64,000 bases of DNA. It comes from Octopus bimaculoides (taxonomy: Eukaryota). The notes under the pieces are model-generated. The model saw only the letters and a list, made by a program, of their open reading frames with translations, was not told the origin of the DNA and did no database searches. The DNA lies in NCBI RefSeq assembly GCF_001194135.2, contig NC_068992.1, forward strand, positions 44,699,614 through 44,763,613, given 5' to 3'. This document shows, piece by piece, positions 27,197-41,635 of this stretch (position 1 is its first letter; each line of letters opens with the position of its first letter). The translations under genes were made by a program, and so were the position numbers.

Positions 27197-27283
27197 GCCT
27201 TTGCACAACTTCTAATGCTGGAGATGTACTACAGTGTCAGCAGTTCACTACCAGTGAACTAAGGTAACACCTATTATTTATTA

Positions 27284-27362
<79 letters not shown>

Positions 27363-27374
27363 CATTATTATTAT
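27127..27374. repeat. (TTA)n arrays 27127-27196 and 27272-27374, interrupted by a 75-bp insert
   Basis: Directly visible. Confidence 0.97.
27197..27271 (-). mobile_element. 75-bp 3' end of an R4/Dong-like element inside (TAA)n
   Basis: 70/75 identical to 29752-29826, the 3' end of the RLE-encoding copy. Confidence 0.9.
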
Positions 27375-29737
27375 GAAACTAATTAGATTTGAGGATCGAT
27401 CCAGTACTGGAAAAGGATTCTGGATTATTTGTTATATTTACTTTCTTTTACATACAGAATTACGATCTTACGTTGACTTTCAAGTCTTTCTCTGATTTTC
27501 TCGGAACAACCTTGAACTATTGGAAATTATGATTTGGTAATATCGGGCTACATGTAACCTTAGATGTCGGGGATCTTCTTAAGTATCCGAGTTGTCCCTA
27601 ATAACTCTGTTTACTGGAACTTTTCTAAACTAGGTTTCCTCTATCCATTTGTTCAAATCTTTATGCGCCTATATCTACAGGCATACACCACTCTCCGTAA
27701 CCTCTGTAACTCAACGGCGAGATCCTGGTACTTCCTTATTTTCTCTATATCTCTGAAATTGACTTTATCGCCATTTGGGATTGTAGAGCCAATTATCTGA
27801 GACTTTTCATTCTCTTTATCTTCTACTAGTAAATCAGGCCTTCTAGCTTCTATTCCTCTGTCAGTATGAATGTTAAAACCCAACAACAGCTTATATTTCT
27901 TACTTTCTAGTATTTTATTAGGTTCACGCTCATACCATTTATCAGAACGTTGAAATTCTAGCTTTCTACATAAATGCCAGTGGATTATTCTCAATATGTC
28001 GCAATATATTTTTTGTAGTCTTTTGGTGACTGCATGCTATATTCACTTACTTTATAGGTAACACTTCCCGTTTCTGATTTACATAACCTATATTGGGCAT
28101 CTACCCGGTTTCAGTTTCTCTTGGCTTTTATCCAAGTATTACTTAATGCTGGATCTTGTGCTGCTACTAACAAACATTCTGTCTCCCTTGTCATACTTCT
28201 TTTCTGCAACCATAACCATGTCTCACTATTACGATTTTCTGCAACCATCCTTGAGAGTCTATAATGCGAGGCTTTTTCTTGCTAGTCACATAAAACTGTG
28301 CAACAAAATTTTTATTTCTTGTTCTCTTTGATCAGTAAGTGTCATTTCATATTTGCTTGTATGTACAACAAAATGACTGCTATTCCTTTCAAACATTGCT
28401 TTCGTGGTCTGGACATCAATGTTTTGAAACTGACCTATTTTCCGTTACATTTCAGACATATTCACTCTAGCAGAATCATCGCTGTAACAAATATTCTGCT
28501 CTACATCAAAGATTAGTTTGTCAGTTGATGGCCTTAAACATTTCAACATGTCCCTTAGTGTCTGACAATATATGCAACTTTGAACATGACGGGAGTAGTG
28601 GGAGAGTGTCATAGCCAGGTGTTAAAAGGTGTTAAAATCCCGAAGAGCCATTCGGGATTTGAATAAATGTGACAAAAGCAACGCCTGAAGGAAATATCCA
28701 TTTTTCATACTTTCTAGGGGTAAGCAAAGGGAAAATATGCCAAGGACAAAAATCATGTTACACAGTGTGTTCTTATTTCTGGTTTTCAACTTCATTTGTA
28801 TCTTTGCCTACCCTACCCCCTACCTTGCTCTAGTTGTTCTTTTTCCTCAGGAATGGCTTGTTCTGTAATTTTGTATTTACGTAATATTTTCCTTCTCTTC
28901 TTGTTGCTTAGTAGTGTTGTCTACTAGTTTTATTAAGGATTGATCCTTTCTCTTATTTTCTATTTTCGTATGAGTATTATTTGTTCACAGTGATTTTTTG
29001 GCTGGTGATACTCCTGTTTTGATGGGTTTGAGGGGTCATGCAGCTTCTTTTGTGGCCACAGAGGCTGCTGCATATATTATGTCACATAGTCCGGTCATAT
29101 TGACATGTTTTTTGTGGCAATTAGTTCTGTGACGGCCAGGTCCATGCTATTTATTATTGATGTTGTTTTATTATCAATTATTAATTTTGGGGTGTTGTAC
29201 AATCAGTGGTCCATACTGAGATCTGTGGCTTTCAATTCTTTTATTATGCTCATTTTTGGAGTATCATAATCTTTAGTCTCACCATCACTGTTTCCAGGTT
29301 TTAGATTTGTTTCGTATTCCCTCCCGCTTATATTTTTGTCGATGGTGTTCTGGTTTGGTGCATTTTGTTCATCATTATTCATTCCTATGGTCCGGATTTG
29401 TCGTCTTTTGTTGTTTACTTTGTTTTTGTTGGAAATGTGACGTCTGTCTTCGTGTTTTATAGTCCCAATGTTTATGATATTATTTGGCATTGCTGTGTGG
29501 TTGCTATCTACATTTTCCTGATATATTTTTCTTTTTAAGTGTTGTATTTTTATTTCTGATTTTTTTTTTGTTTCGAGAATATATTTTCGTATGTTAGGTA
29601 GTTTATTAGGGTTCATTGTTATATCCAAATCCTTATTAGGGTTCATTGCTGTATCCATATCTTTATTAGAATTCATTATCGTATCCAAATCTTTAAATCC
29701 TTATTAGGGTTCAATTGCTGTGTCCACAGTATTAAGA
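27375..29737 (-). mobile_element. R4/Dong-like element, internally deleted (N-terminal region, RT C-terminus, restriction-like endonuclease, 3' UTR)
   Basis: RIIHWHLCRK...EARRPDLLVEDK...KIRKYQDLAVEL is the RLE PD-(D/E)xK region; ends LGTTRILKKI*; N-terminal ORF 29203-29688; 3' end abuts (TAA)n. Confidence 0.85.
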
Positions 29738-29751
29738 TAATTATTATTATT

Positions 29752-30335
29752 GCCTTTGCACAGCTTCTAACGTTGGAGATGTACTACAGTGTCAGCTGTT
29801 CACTACCAGTGAACTAAAGTAACACCTCTTATCTTTCGAACACCTTCCGGAGTATTCGAGCGGTTCCAAGCAGTCCTGTTTTCTGCAAGTGCACCACCCT
29901 TATTGCAGCCCCTATGTGTTCCATGTACTTTTCAAGACTTTTACTCACCATTCCCTGGGTTCCGACAATTATTGGTACTACTACCAACATTTTCATGGAC
30001 CACAACTGCTTAACCTACCAAGCTAACCAGTCATATCTACCGACTTTTCTTTCTTCCTTATCGCATACCTTGTTGTCAGCTGGACATACTATATCTGTGA
30101 TCCAGCATAGTTTGCTTTCTGTTTCAATTAAGACTATGTCTGGCTTCCTATTCTCTATTTCTTTTTTGACACAGGCTTTGTTGAAATTCTTGGAGTCTTT
30201 CATGCGTAGCGGGCTTGCTACATGCACCCTACGGTACCATGCTATCCGTTCTTTTCAGCTATCTAATAATTTCCAGATTATTCTGGCCACGCCAAGTAGG
30301 CAAAACTTTTGTAACAATTCTATTTTTCCAGTTTG
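29752..30335 (-). mobile_element. R4/Dong-like element, 5'-truncated (RLE domain and 3' UTR), second subfamily
   Basis: ENRKPDIVLIETESKLCWITDIVCPADNKVCDKEERKVGRY; 3' UTR ends in a short (TAA)n at 29738-29751. Confidence 0.88.
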
Positions 30336-30743
30336 ATATTGGGCGGGAACAATCATTTGTAGAGATTTAATGAGTTGAATCAAATATAGTATACTTTCAG
30401 CATCAGAGAAAGAAGTAAAATTATTTCAGATAAACCAAAATATAATGTGGTGGTGCTGTTTTCTTGGTGTAGAAATAACATTGACAACATGCATTATCAG
30501 GTAAAATAGCAGTAAACTTTTACAAAGCAATGCGTTTGATGAATGAGTAAGCATTGCAAGCAATTCTACTCCATCTTCATAAGTACAAAAATATAACTTA
30601 GAACATTTTATTGTGTTAGGTAATATATTTTGTTTTGGTTGCTAGTCATGCTTTGTGCAAAGCGATTTCTGTAACAAACGTTTCTTTAGAGGATTTACTA
30701 TGCCTCCTTTTGTACATTTATCCTTAAATGTCATAAAATACTT

Positions 30744-30774
<31 letters not shown>

Positions 30775-33617
30775 TGCTTACATACTAGTTGTGAATTATC
30801 TCAAAGTATATCATATATGATTAGGATATGTACCGGAACGTCTTAGAAGTATGATACGGAGAGAAATGATTGGATCATGATGCGAATCCTTATCTTGGTA
30901 GATTGTTATATCCAACGTGTCTTAATTACAACATTCTTCAGTGTTTTAGCATTCAGGGTCTTTGCCATATGCAGGGTCTTTGCCATATGCACTTGTAGCC
31001 ACAAGAACAATTTACTCCTTTATCTGCCACGGTTATTTTATCTCTCTCTCTCTCTCGGTCATTATATTCTAAAAAGTTCTCAATTTTCTTGTTATCCACT
31101 CTAATATCAGATAGTATAGCAAAATATATGATCTTTCGCTATTTATCAATTTCTTTTTTTCTTCTTGTCATTCTCAACGATATCTGATAAATTATCTGTG
31201 GTTCCCGTGTTATCTGTCCTGGACCACCTCAGAGTATAATTGTTTTGTCACTCTCAGAAGCCTTTTTGTATTTTGCTCTTTTCTGCTAGAATTTCCTAAT
31301 GTCTGTTTGTATAATCTATAATGTAATCCACTTATTATGCGTTTGCGTATTGCTTTCTGTTTCATTACGTGCTTTCAGTGGTTTCTCATATAGAGTTATC
31401 TGATATACGCTATAATCAAGAATCCTGCAGCTTGCGACTTTCAGTCCTTAGCTTTACTAGGAGCATGGTAACCCCCTGTATATTTTCACCTTCTTCACTC
31501 TCTTCAGGTTTTGGCCATGTAAAGCTTTTCTTGCCATCGTTTATCATCGTGTTCTATAACACTAATTTTTGTGTAAATATTCGTTACAAATGAAAGATAT
31601 TGAAACAATACATGATGTCTTAGACCGTAGGATCAGGCAATCTTGTACAATGCTAAATATATTCAAGAGATCTGCATCTATGTATAGACCAGGCTGTAGA
31701 CCTTATAGAGTGGACAGTAGCAAATTCTCAGACACTTTTTAAATGAAAGGCTGTAGAGGAGGTGACATCTGTTTTTGACATTTGTTACCTTGAGTTTTAG
31801 CAACTGACATTAAACACAAGAGATACTGTATATTTAAAGTACTTCAATAGCAAATGGAAAAAGTTACTGATAATTTATTTCCTGTAATTAGTTTGGAAAA
31901 AAAAGGAAGAAAAAATCGGGCGTTTTGACAGAAAACTTTAAAAAAATACGAAAAGAAAGTCGAGTTTCTTTGTTCTATATTTATTTATTTTGCTAATTTT
32001 AATGGAGCAGAACTTTTCTGAATGACTTGGATACAACAATTCTGAGTGAATCAACAATTCCAAAGCAATCTATAAATATTTAGTTTCTATTTAAAGTAAT
32101 ATATCAAAGTATTTTCGTAGTAGTAATAAGTCCGAGAAGGAGTGTTTCTACTAATGTAAAGAAACCTTGTCCTAAACTATTTGAAAGAAATCCTGTTTTC
32201 TATGGTGAGTTGCGTCTTTCTTTCTCGTACACTTATTGCCAATAAACACTGCTGTATAGTTTCCTCCGATTATTGATTATTGATGTAGCGAGCGACTCTG
32301 ACTAAAACAGACAGCGTGATTCTGCTGCACCAAAGTTAAGTCAACGATGTCGAAATTACGATCTTTAAATAGGCAGACTTACATGCTGTCTCTATGGTTA
32401 ATAACCAAAACATTGTTTTTTAATAGCAAAGCTAGAAAAATATTCTTCCGCAAGATTGATTTATTTATTTATCCTCTGCTCTATCGTATGTTATGTTATT
32501 ATTCTCGTATAGTAATTATAAAATATAACTAGCTTAATTATGATTCTAGATATTGACTGATAAATAAACGGTCTGTCTAATTGAACATGTATAATACTGA
32601 ATATATTGATGCTGATAAACTCAACAATTTTGCGATATAATGGAAATGTATTTTCCCTTCAAGACATACAAACACAGGTTTATTTCAGAGAAAAGTCTAA
32701 CAGTACGGTGCAGGTTGTACAGGTTTAGTAAAATTAGTTTTACAATAAACATACGATACTAGCGTCATGTTAATATGTCTTTATTCTTTCACTACTTTAC
32801 AATGTTAAAGCTTACAGAATTATATATGCGTGTATGTTCTCTTTTTAATTTAGAGTAAATTTTGACAGACCATCTACTGGGTATCCAGGTTCTGAAGAAA
32901 AGCATCTTATTTTGATCATCATCGGTTTCAATTTTAAGAAGGTGTTGTAGATTTTTACAGTCCCAGATAAGTATTTATCTATGCATGTGTTTCATTTTCA
33001 TTTGATCAGGCATCTAGCTAACACATTACTTTTCTATTCTGATCAATGCCCCATTCTTGACAAACTCAAATACATTATTATCCTCGCCTAGGGATTTTCC
33101 CTTGGTTTCACATGTCTCTCACTTCGCCCTCTCTGATGATGGTATATTCGGCCTATAGAATCCTTACTTAATATCATGGTCCACACGCTCGGCTATTCTA
33201 GGAACAGTTGTAAGAGGCTCAATATATCTATATTATCTATCTAAATTAAATGTCTTTTACAAATGCAGACAAACCGTTTCCTCTTTCATTTTTACGCAAA
33301 TCTTCATCTACCTGCTTAAAGAAAAGCGATCGATAGCCACTTCTGATAAGTAGTTTCAACATCATACCTTTAGTTGTAGTTCAAACCGCAGTTTTAGCGT
33401 TAAGCCAAACAGAGCACACATAGTACATACCTATTACTTTAAGTCAGTTGACGAAAACTCCTCACATATTCTGTATGTATGTATGTATGTATGTATGTAT
33501 GTATGTATCTGTTTGCCTGTCTATTTGTCTGCCTAGCTAATTATTTAGTCTTTCAACTTTTGAAGAATCTATCACTCCATCTGTCTGTCTGTCTCTGTCT
33601 GTCTCTGTCTGTCTGTC

Positions 33618-33708
<91 letters not shown>

Positions 33709-34907
33709 TGTTCACTACATATTTATTGAACAGTATTCCATGTCTGCAATAAAAGGGATGTCTTGCAAACAACTCGCACATGCAAGTGCTACCTGTCGAG
33801 AACTCCGCATACCGGAAACCAGCAAGTGTATGGGGTCATCAGGAGAGAATGCGCGCCGTTTCGGGGCCTACCTCTCGACGGCATCAATGCGCACCGGCCC
33901 CCCTCACTGATATGAGGTCCCGCTTGCTAGATCAACTGGTTATTAAAAACAAAGCTCAATATTTCTCTAGCACATTATTGCTCAATATTTGCAATTAATT
34001 GACTATAATTAGGAATCGTAATCCTTCCATGACGTCAGGAATATTAGGAACATTTTTTCTTTCATTTTTTCTGGAATTCTGATGCAATTCTTTATCTTAA
34101 TTAGAAAAGAAATGTCACATCAAAATAGTGAACATAAGCGGCAAATTCATCATAGAAAAGTTTTGAAATAGAATATGAATGCGTAACACAAAGTATAGGA
34201 AAGTACTTTATCTGATAGTCTAAGTTCAACATTTTATGCTGCAGTCGAAGTATATTTGGCTCTCTCACATTAGCATTTCGTTTGCCAGTCTAACATTGTA
34301 ACAATCCAAACAATATAACCTGTACATTCACCTGTAAAATTATGAATCATGCAGTTTCCGCCATCCTTACAACTTGATAGAAAAACTTTTTTCAAAAATT
34401 AGTTTGTACGGTCTATGCTTTAAAAACCTTCATCTTAATATATCAGTTAATAAGAACACCGTAATTTTCTATATACAGCCAGGATTCATTGGGTAATATT
34501 TGAAATACATAAAGATGTCGGCTATAGAATGGAAGGTTCCGTATATTTGGTAAGACGAATTGTTGTAAATGAATTATGATTAAATTTTCCTGCACTACTA
34601 CAAAAACTAAGATTATTTACAGAATAAAGAAACATTTATATACAAATATAAACTGAAAACAAAACAAAAAAAAACTATTGATATATTCATATTATACTAT
34701 ATATTTTTTTCTAAATGATACAGAAAAAATAGTTTATCATTAGTTTTTCTATGAACATGTAAATTGCTGTTTATAATAATTTCAATATATACGCCAATAT
34801 TTACAGAAAGCACAAACACACACACATATGTATATATCACATCACTTTCTATCAAAAAATATAACGTTATCCATATTCCAAATTGTTATGAGGTAATAGC
34901 ATGTATG

Positions 34908-34941
<34 letters not shown>

Positions 34942-37138
34942 AGTGTGTCTGTGTGGGCTTCTGTGTGTAAACATATATATATATATGTTTATGTATATTT
35001 ACGTACACACATGCACACGCGTGCGCATACATACACGCATATATGATATATTTATGCCATGCTAATCTATAGATATTGAAATTAAATGTAACTTGTGCAT
35101 AGATAGCGACTTGAAAATAATATATTTGATACAAGGCTTAATCACAATTCTCTATGCTATGGAAGAGTACAAGTAATAACATTTAATAATTTATAAATTT
35201 TATCTTTTCATCTGCTGATTTCAAGTGAAATGAATTTCAAAGAAGTAATGACCGATTCGATAGTGTATTTGAAAAGAAGTCAAGAAGTCGGAGTTTCGAT
35301 TCACGTTATTTCTATTGGGTTCGATCCATTTCCAAAATTTACGTAGTTACAGCATAGCGGCACAATTTACTGTTCAAGTGGCGAATGATTCTATGTATCA
35401 GAGTGTTCTTGATTAGTAACTTTTGCGTGTTTATCATAGTACAATTATATACAATGGACTGTACCATGTCCAGGGGATATCAGTTTCTCATTTACATCAA
35501 GAATCGTGAACACAAACAGGGCGTGCAGTTAATTATTTATAATACACACATTTTCAAACATACACACTTACACATACGCACATATATTTTACAACATTTG
35601 ATGTAAACACCAAATATTTAATATATTTCATAACCAGTGGCTTCCTACAGGGAAACACGTAAGTTTGCACAACCTATGCATAGTCCGATCGCCGGTAACG
35701 AAACTGGTAACCCTGCCAAGCTTAAATTAGAGAAAAATGCGATTTTTAGACATCCCGTCGAATGAAAATAGCAGGATAAACAAACAAAACATGTGAAACA
35801 GTAGATGAATTCAAAAGATTCTACGGCCATGAAGTATTGTGTATATACTCGCATACATACATGAATACATAAACATCACTCACACTCAAATTCATACACA
35901 CACATGTATATACACATATATACATATATTGATGCATACATATAAGTATACATATGTATGGTGGCTGCTTGCTTCTAGCAGGGTTTGACTTCGTGTACCT
36001 ATAATTGTTCTTCCCGAGCGTCTTAAATGATATTTCGATTCTGAAAGGGCAATGTCTCATTTCAGCATTGGCTTCCTTATAGTCTTGTCTGTTATGTATG
36101 TTTCAGAAGCGCTACGATCCTTCACGTGACTTGCAGGTTTATGAAAGACATTGCAATGAAACTGGCCATTCAGAATAAAATTCCAAGAGCTAACGTGAGC
36201 CTTATTCGCATGAGTACGCTGGTGCGATCCCCAGCATAAAATATGCATATTTTGAGCATAAGGAACTTCGAAAGTATAAATGAGATATTCGTCCGAGTTT
36301 AGGAAATTTTGTTTCTGTTGCAGCATACTTGATTCTCTCAAGCTCAAAATCTTTCACACCGCGCACCACATACACGCTTTCCTATCTGTCAAAAGTGATT
36401 CAAGACATTTATTTTAAAAACATAATTTAAACCATTTCAAAATTGATTTTAAAGAGTCTTTGAATCTTTTCTTGTTCACAGCATAAGTTCACCACAAAGC
36501 ATTTTTTGGGGAATGCGATCATCATCAACACAGATGCAATGGCCTGTCTATCGTCATTGCTTCCTAAAAGGCATGGCTTGGATTGATGTGAGCCTAGCTT
36601 CGTCAAGAAGCTCAATATAAGGAATGAATGAGGACTAGTTTATTCTGAATATGTGGCAGAGGCATTTGTGGAGAAATTTCTCAAATCTTTTACATGGCGC
36701 GTGTATATTGTTTAAGTTTCAGAAGAAAACAATAGCACGGAACGATCAAATGAGTAATATACATTGACGAGTTTTGATATGGTGCTGTGACCAGGCTTCA
36801 AATTCTAGGCTGCCAAAGGCCTTTGCTGTTCTTTCAATATGAGGTTTCTGTCAACATGTTCCATACTATCCTACTACTAATATGTAAATGTATATGCGAA
36901 TATATATATATATATANNNNNNNNNNNNNNNNNNNNNNNNNNNNNNNNNNNNNNNNNNNNNNNNNNNNNNNNNNNNNNNNNNNNNNNNNNNNNNNNNNNN
37001 NNNNNNNNNNNNNNNNNNNNNNNNNNNNNNNNNNNNNNNNNNNNNNNNNNNNNNNNNNNNNNNNNNNNNNNNNNNNNNNNNNNNNNNNNNNNNNNNNNNN
37101 NNNNNNNNNNNNNNNNNNNNNNNNNNNNNNNNNNNNNN

Positions 37139-37172
<34 letters not shown>

Positions 37173-37195
37173 CATACATACATACATATATGTAT

Positions 37196-37345
37196 CGAAG
37201 AAATCGACCCAAGGACTTATTCTTTGTAAGCCTAGTACTTATACTATGGGTCTCTTTTTGCCGAACCGCTAAGTTACGGGGACGAAAGCACAACAGCATT
37301 GGTTGTCAAGCGATGTTGGGGGGACAAACACAGACATACAAACAT

Positions 37346-37398
<53 letters not shown>

Positions 37399-37563
37399 CA
37401 CATATTTATATACACACACACATATACGACGGGCTTCTTTCAGTTTCCGTCTACCAAATCCACTCGCAAGGATTTGGTCAGCCCGATGCTATAGTAGAAG
37501 ACACTTACCCAAGGTGCCACGCAGTGGGACTGAACCTAGAACCATGTGGTTGGTAAGCAAGCT
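37196..37563 (-). mobile_element. SINE family B, near full length, with internal (CA)n
   Basis: B-box-like GGTTCAGTCC, central cgacgggcttctttcagtttccgtctacc, and tail gaataagtcc...gtcga all present. Confidence 0.93.
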
Positions 37564-37794
37564 ATATATATACACACATAATTCAATAAGATTCGGATAA
37601 AAATTGTAGCAAACCACCTAAAGCCCGTCCACAGTAATAGGCTACTTGATATCATCATGCATTAAAAATGTCTTTGAATAATCGAAACTCGCTGCAATAT
37701 TTATAGTTTATGCCCGTCTTACCTGGTTTTGCTTGCTTGTTGCCATTTCATTGGATTCAAAAACCTAGAGAGTGACGCGCATCGGAAACTTAAT

Positions 37795-38052
37795 GAAGCC
37801 CGCCGTATATATATATATATATATATGTAGATATCTATATGAGTGTGTCTGTGTCTGTGTTTGTCCCCCCATCATCTCTTTACAACTGATGGTGATGTGT
37901 TTACGTCCCCGTAACTTAGTAGTTCAGCAAAAGAGACTGATAGAATAAGTACTAGGCTTAAAAGAAGTCCTGGGTGTGATATGTTCGACTAAAATCTCTG
38001 AAGACTGTGCTCTGGCATGGCCGCAGTCAAATGACTGAAAGAAATAAAAGAA
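37795..38052 (+). mobile_element. SINE family B 3' half with tail
   Basis: gaagcccg...gtttacgtccccgtaacttag...gaataagtactaggc...gcatggccgcagtcaaatgactgaa. Confidence 0.88.
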
Positions 38053-38244
38053 TATATACATATATTCTTTATATATATATNNNNNNNNNNNNNNNNNNNN
38101 NNNNNNNNNNNNNNNNNNNNNNNNNNNNNNNNNNNNNNNNNNNNNNNNNNNNNNNNNNNNNNNNNNNNNNNATATATACATACACTCATAGACATAAATT
38201 TAATGTTGTGCATACATATATGCAGGCGTGTGTATGTTTACTTC

Positions 38245-38284
<40 letters not shown>

Positions 38285-38929
38285 AAATACAATCAATGCT
38301 TTAAATAATATCTTCGTATAATAATTATATATTAATCTATTTTGTAACATTGAATTCTCTCAAATCCAATATCGTAGCCTCTGCTGCATAATTTGCCCGT
38401 TGCCCGTGTTTATCCTATACCGATGAATTTTAGCGCCCTGGGTCTTGTGGAATACATAACAGTAATATACGGTAAAATATCCTCATTTGTCCTGCGAGAA
38501 AAAGAAGTGAAGCTTATAGATTGTTTGTGTCGGACTAGAGATACAAATGTGTCGCTAGTTGCAGCGAGATACAATTACAATGTTGTCTATTGATGTTGTC
38601 TTGTTAGAAAACCGAATTATCTCAACACCTTTGAAAATTAGATTCAGTATTAATAAACATAAGGAATTTAATTCAAAATATTCTATATGATGTCTGTTAG
38701 AATATATTTCTATTATATTTTCATTGTGTAATTCAATGCTCTCTGTGACTCAAAATATACCTTATGTATGCATTTATGAATGAATGTATGAATGTATGCA
38801 TTTATGTATCTACGTGTTATATGTATATGAATGTGTTTTATGCATGTATACATTTATGTAACTCTCTTTCTCTGTAAATATATATATATACACACACATA
38901 TATATATAGATACATACATACATATGTAT

Positions 38930-38938
<9 letters not shown>

Positions 38939-39013
<75 letters not shown>
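38939..39013. repeat. (AT)n microsatellite
   Basis: Directly visible. Confidence 0.97.
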
Positions 39014-39016
<3 letters not shown>

Positions 39017-41574
39017 AACATATACATACATATACACATATATAAGTAAATTTATATTTATATAAATAAATATGTGTGGGTGGGTGCGTATAAACAGACA
39101 TAGCAACAGACAAATATACACGAGCCTGAAGCAGTAACAAGAGATATGTAGATTCCATTATGGCATAGTTCCCAGCACTCACCGCGACAACAAACAAATT
39201 CTCACATATCATCTCTATACTGTAGCAGCTGCATAGCTTCCATTCTCCGGTCGTTATTGTTAAATCGCTATAAACGTCATCAAAGATACAGAACATATAG
39301 CTACATGTATTATTGAAGCTAACTTTATTCATAGATACCTCATGAACTGTGAGTGATATGTACAATTTCTGTTTGGGTGGGAGAATATATACAAATTCTT
39401 TGTTTTGCAGCACATGAATATATTTGATTTTTAGTGGCGTTGTGTGATAAGATGAGAAAAATATCTGCTCTATTGAAACCTATTTTAAAAGTTGAAGTTT
39501 AATCAGTTACACATAGGATATACATAGCACTAGTTTCCTGACTATATACAGCTGAATGCTCTGTATTTATCAAAGAGCCTTTAGAACCATTTATATTGGT
39601 CCTTATTTGAAATATCGAATATTTTGCTTGAAAAGAAAGTCCTTCATTGCTTATGACCAATGAAATGAAATAACACATCTGTTGGATATTCTGCAAAGAA
39701 AGTGAAGCTTTGCCCCAAATTGCATTATTTAACTTAATAAAAATAGCTTCATTTCTGTTTAAAACCAACGACTACAAACACCATAATATTGTTATGGTCA
39801 TATTATACCATTCAGTTAATTATGCAACTGTTGCATTACTCAGAAAATTATAGAATACATAATGATCGAGCTCCAATTTATATTTTAATAATATTGCACT
39901 CTAAATAGAATTCAATCTCAAAGAAATCTTACAGTATTCTGATTAATTACTGAATCCGCTAGAAATGTGATGATCATCATTACTTCTTCTTACGTGTAGT
40001 AACGAAATAGCTCTATTTGCAAATATAATACTGCAGAATACGAATTAATATTAGAAATATAACATCAAGTCTTTGGCAGTTAATTAATTTTTTGTTTTGT
40101 TTACAATCAATTGCGATTTTAATAGTGGTATATATGTTCTAGAATTAATATTTGCGAATCGAATTCAAATGTTATGTCACACATTCTGTAATTCAGATTA
40201 TACAGTAAAGTTAAAATGAAAAGAAAATGATGTGAAAGATAATGAAATAAATGCAAAATAAAAAGGAGCCAAACTAAATCTTCTAAATCTAGGAATCTTA
40301 GAAATATTTAATAAATCTTGACCAAAATCGATATATTCTAAATATTTTCACGTCCATCATATTTGGTTAAGGAATTCCATTTCCAGTCGCAGACTCACAA
40401 TTTTCTTTTTTAAAAAGAATAAACGAAAGGACGAAATATATAGTTCCATATATGCCTGTCTATTTCTACGTTATCTTCGAAGATTGTCACTCCATACACA
40501 CAATAACAACAGTAAATTCAAACGAAATACTAACAGTAGCAAAAGCAATAAAAGAAAACTGACAATGAGACTGGCAAATAGTCTTCGAGAATGTTTTATG
40601 AATTTCTGAAGACAGTGAAGAATTAGTTGGGTATATAGTTGTATTAGGGATACGATTAGTAGAGAATTCTTTGTTAGAATTTGCAGACAGACGAATTAAA
40701 TATAATTAATCCTATGTTTCTGCACATTTTTTGGTTGGCGATGACGAAGTTGGTGAATTGATTGTTTGTATAATAATATATTTGATATAATATCGAAGAG
40801 AATATTCACAGGGACGCTGTCTTGTTTAGTTATTGGCGAATTGTAAAGGAATGTTTCGTATCACTACAAAATTGAGAATTTCACATCAATTTAATAAATA
40901 CAAGAGATCCAATATAGGAGTTGTATTATGTTAGTTTCTACTTGATCTAAGGAAGCAATTACGCTGAGTCCTTCGAGTACATGATTGAGCAGTATATGAA
41001 GTCTATAAAATAGAAAGAAAAATAACGTTGGATGATTGAGACAATAAAGGTAACAACAACCGGCTGAATAGATATAATCTATTAGCGGTGTGTTATGAAA
41101 AAGGATTTTCAGTGAGAGATACCGGATCAATGCATCCCTGGCTTGAACAGGTGTGATCATAGTGGACCATGCTACCGATATCAAAATTAACCTACTAAAC
41201 TTGAAGACTTGTTTTTCATTCACTAAGCGTTATAAAAATTCTGAGAGAGCTACTAGGACTTTCGGCATTTAGTTGCGAGGCTTGAAATGCGGGAAACATT
41301 AAAGCCAGAGTAAATAAATTTTACTGCACTTTTAAGAGACATATATATTGTAAAACATTTCTGTAAGTATATACTCTGTATTTAGAAAAAAAACGTTTCT
41401 ATTTATACAGATGAACTACTTAGTATTAAGTGTTACTATCAAGAGCACATTCTAAAATACTTGTTGACATGTGTTAATGTCCAAAATTAATATATGTAAA
41501 TATATATAATTAATATATATAAATATAATATATATATATATATATAAATATACATATATAATATATATATATAC

Positions 41575-41625
<51 letters not shown>

Positions 41626-41635
41626 CATATATAAG

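Noticed and set aside
33125-33165. CTGATGA followed by a GGT/GCC stem
   Set aside because: No GAAA box follows.
38838-39413. 191-aa minus-strand ORF with a non-repetitive first half
   Set aside because: The second half is (AT)n; the first half has no recognisable domain or convincing acceptor.
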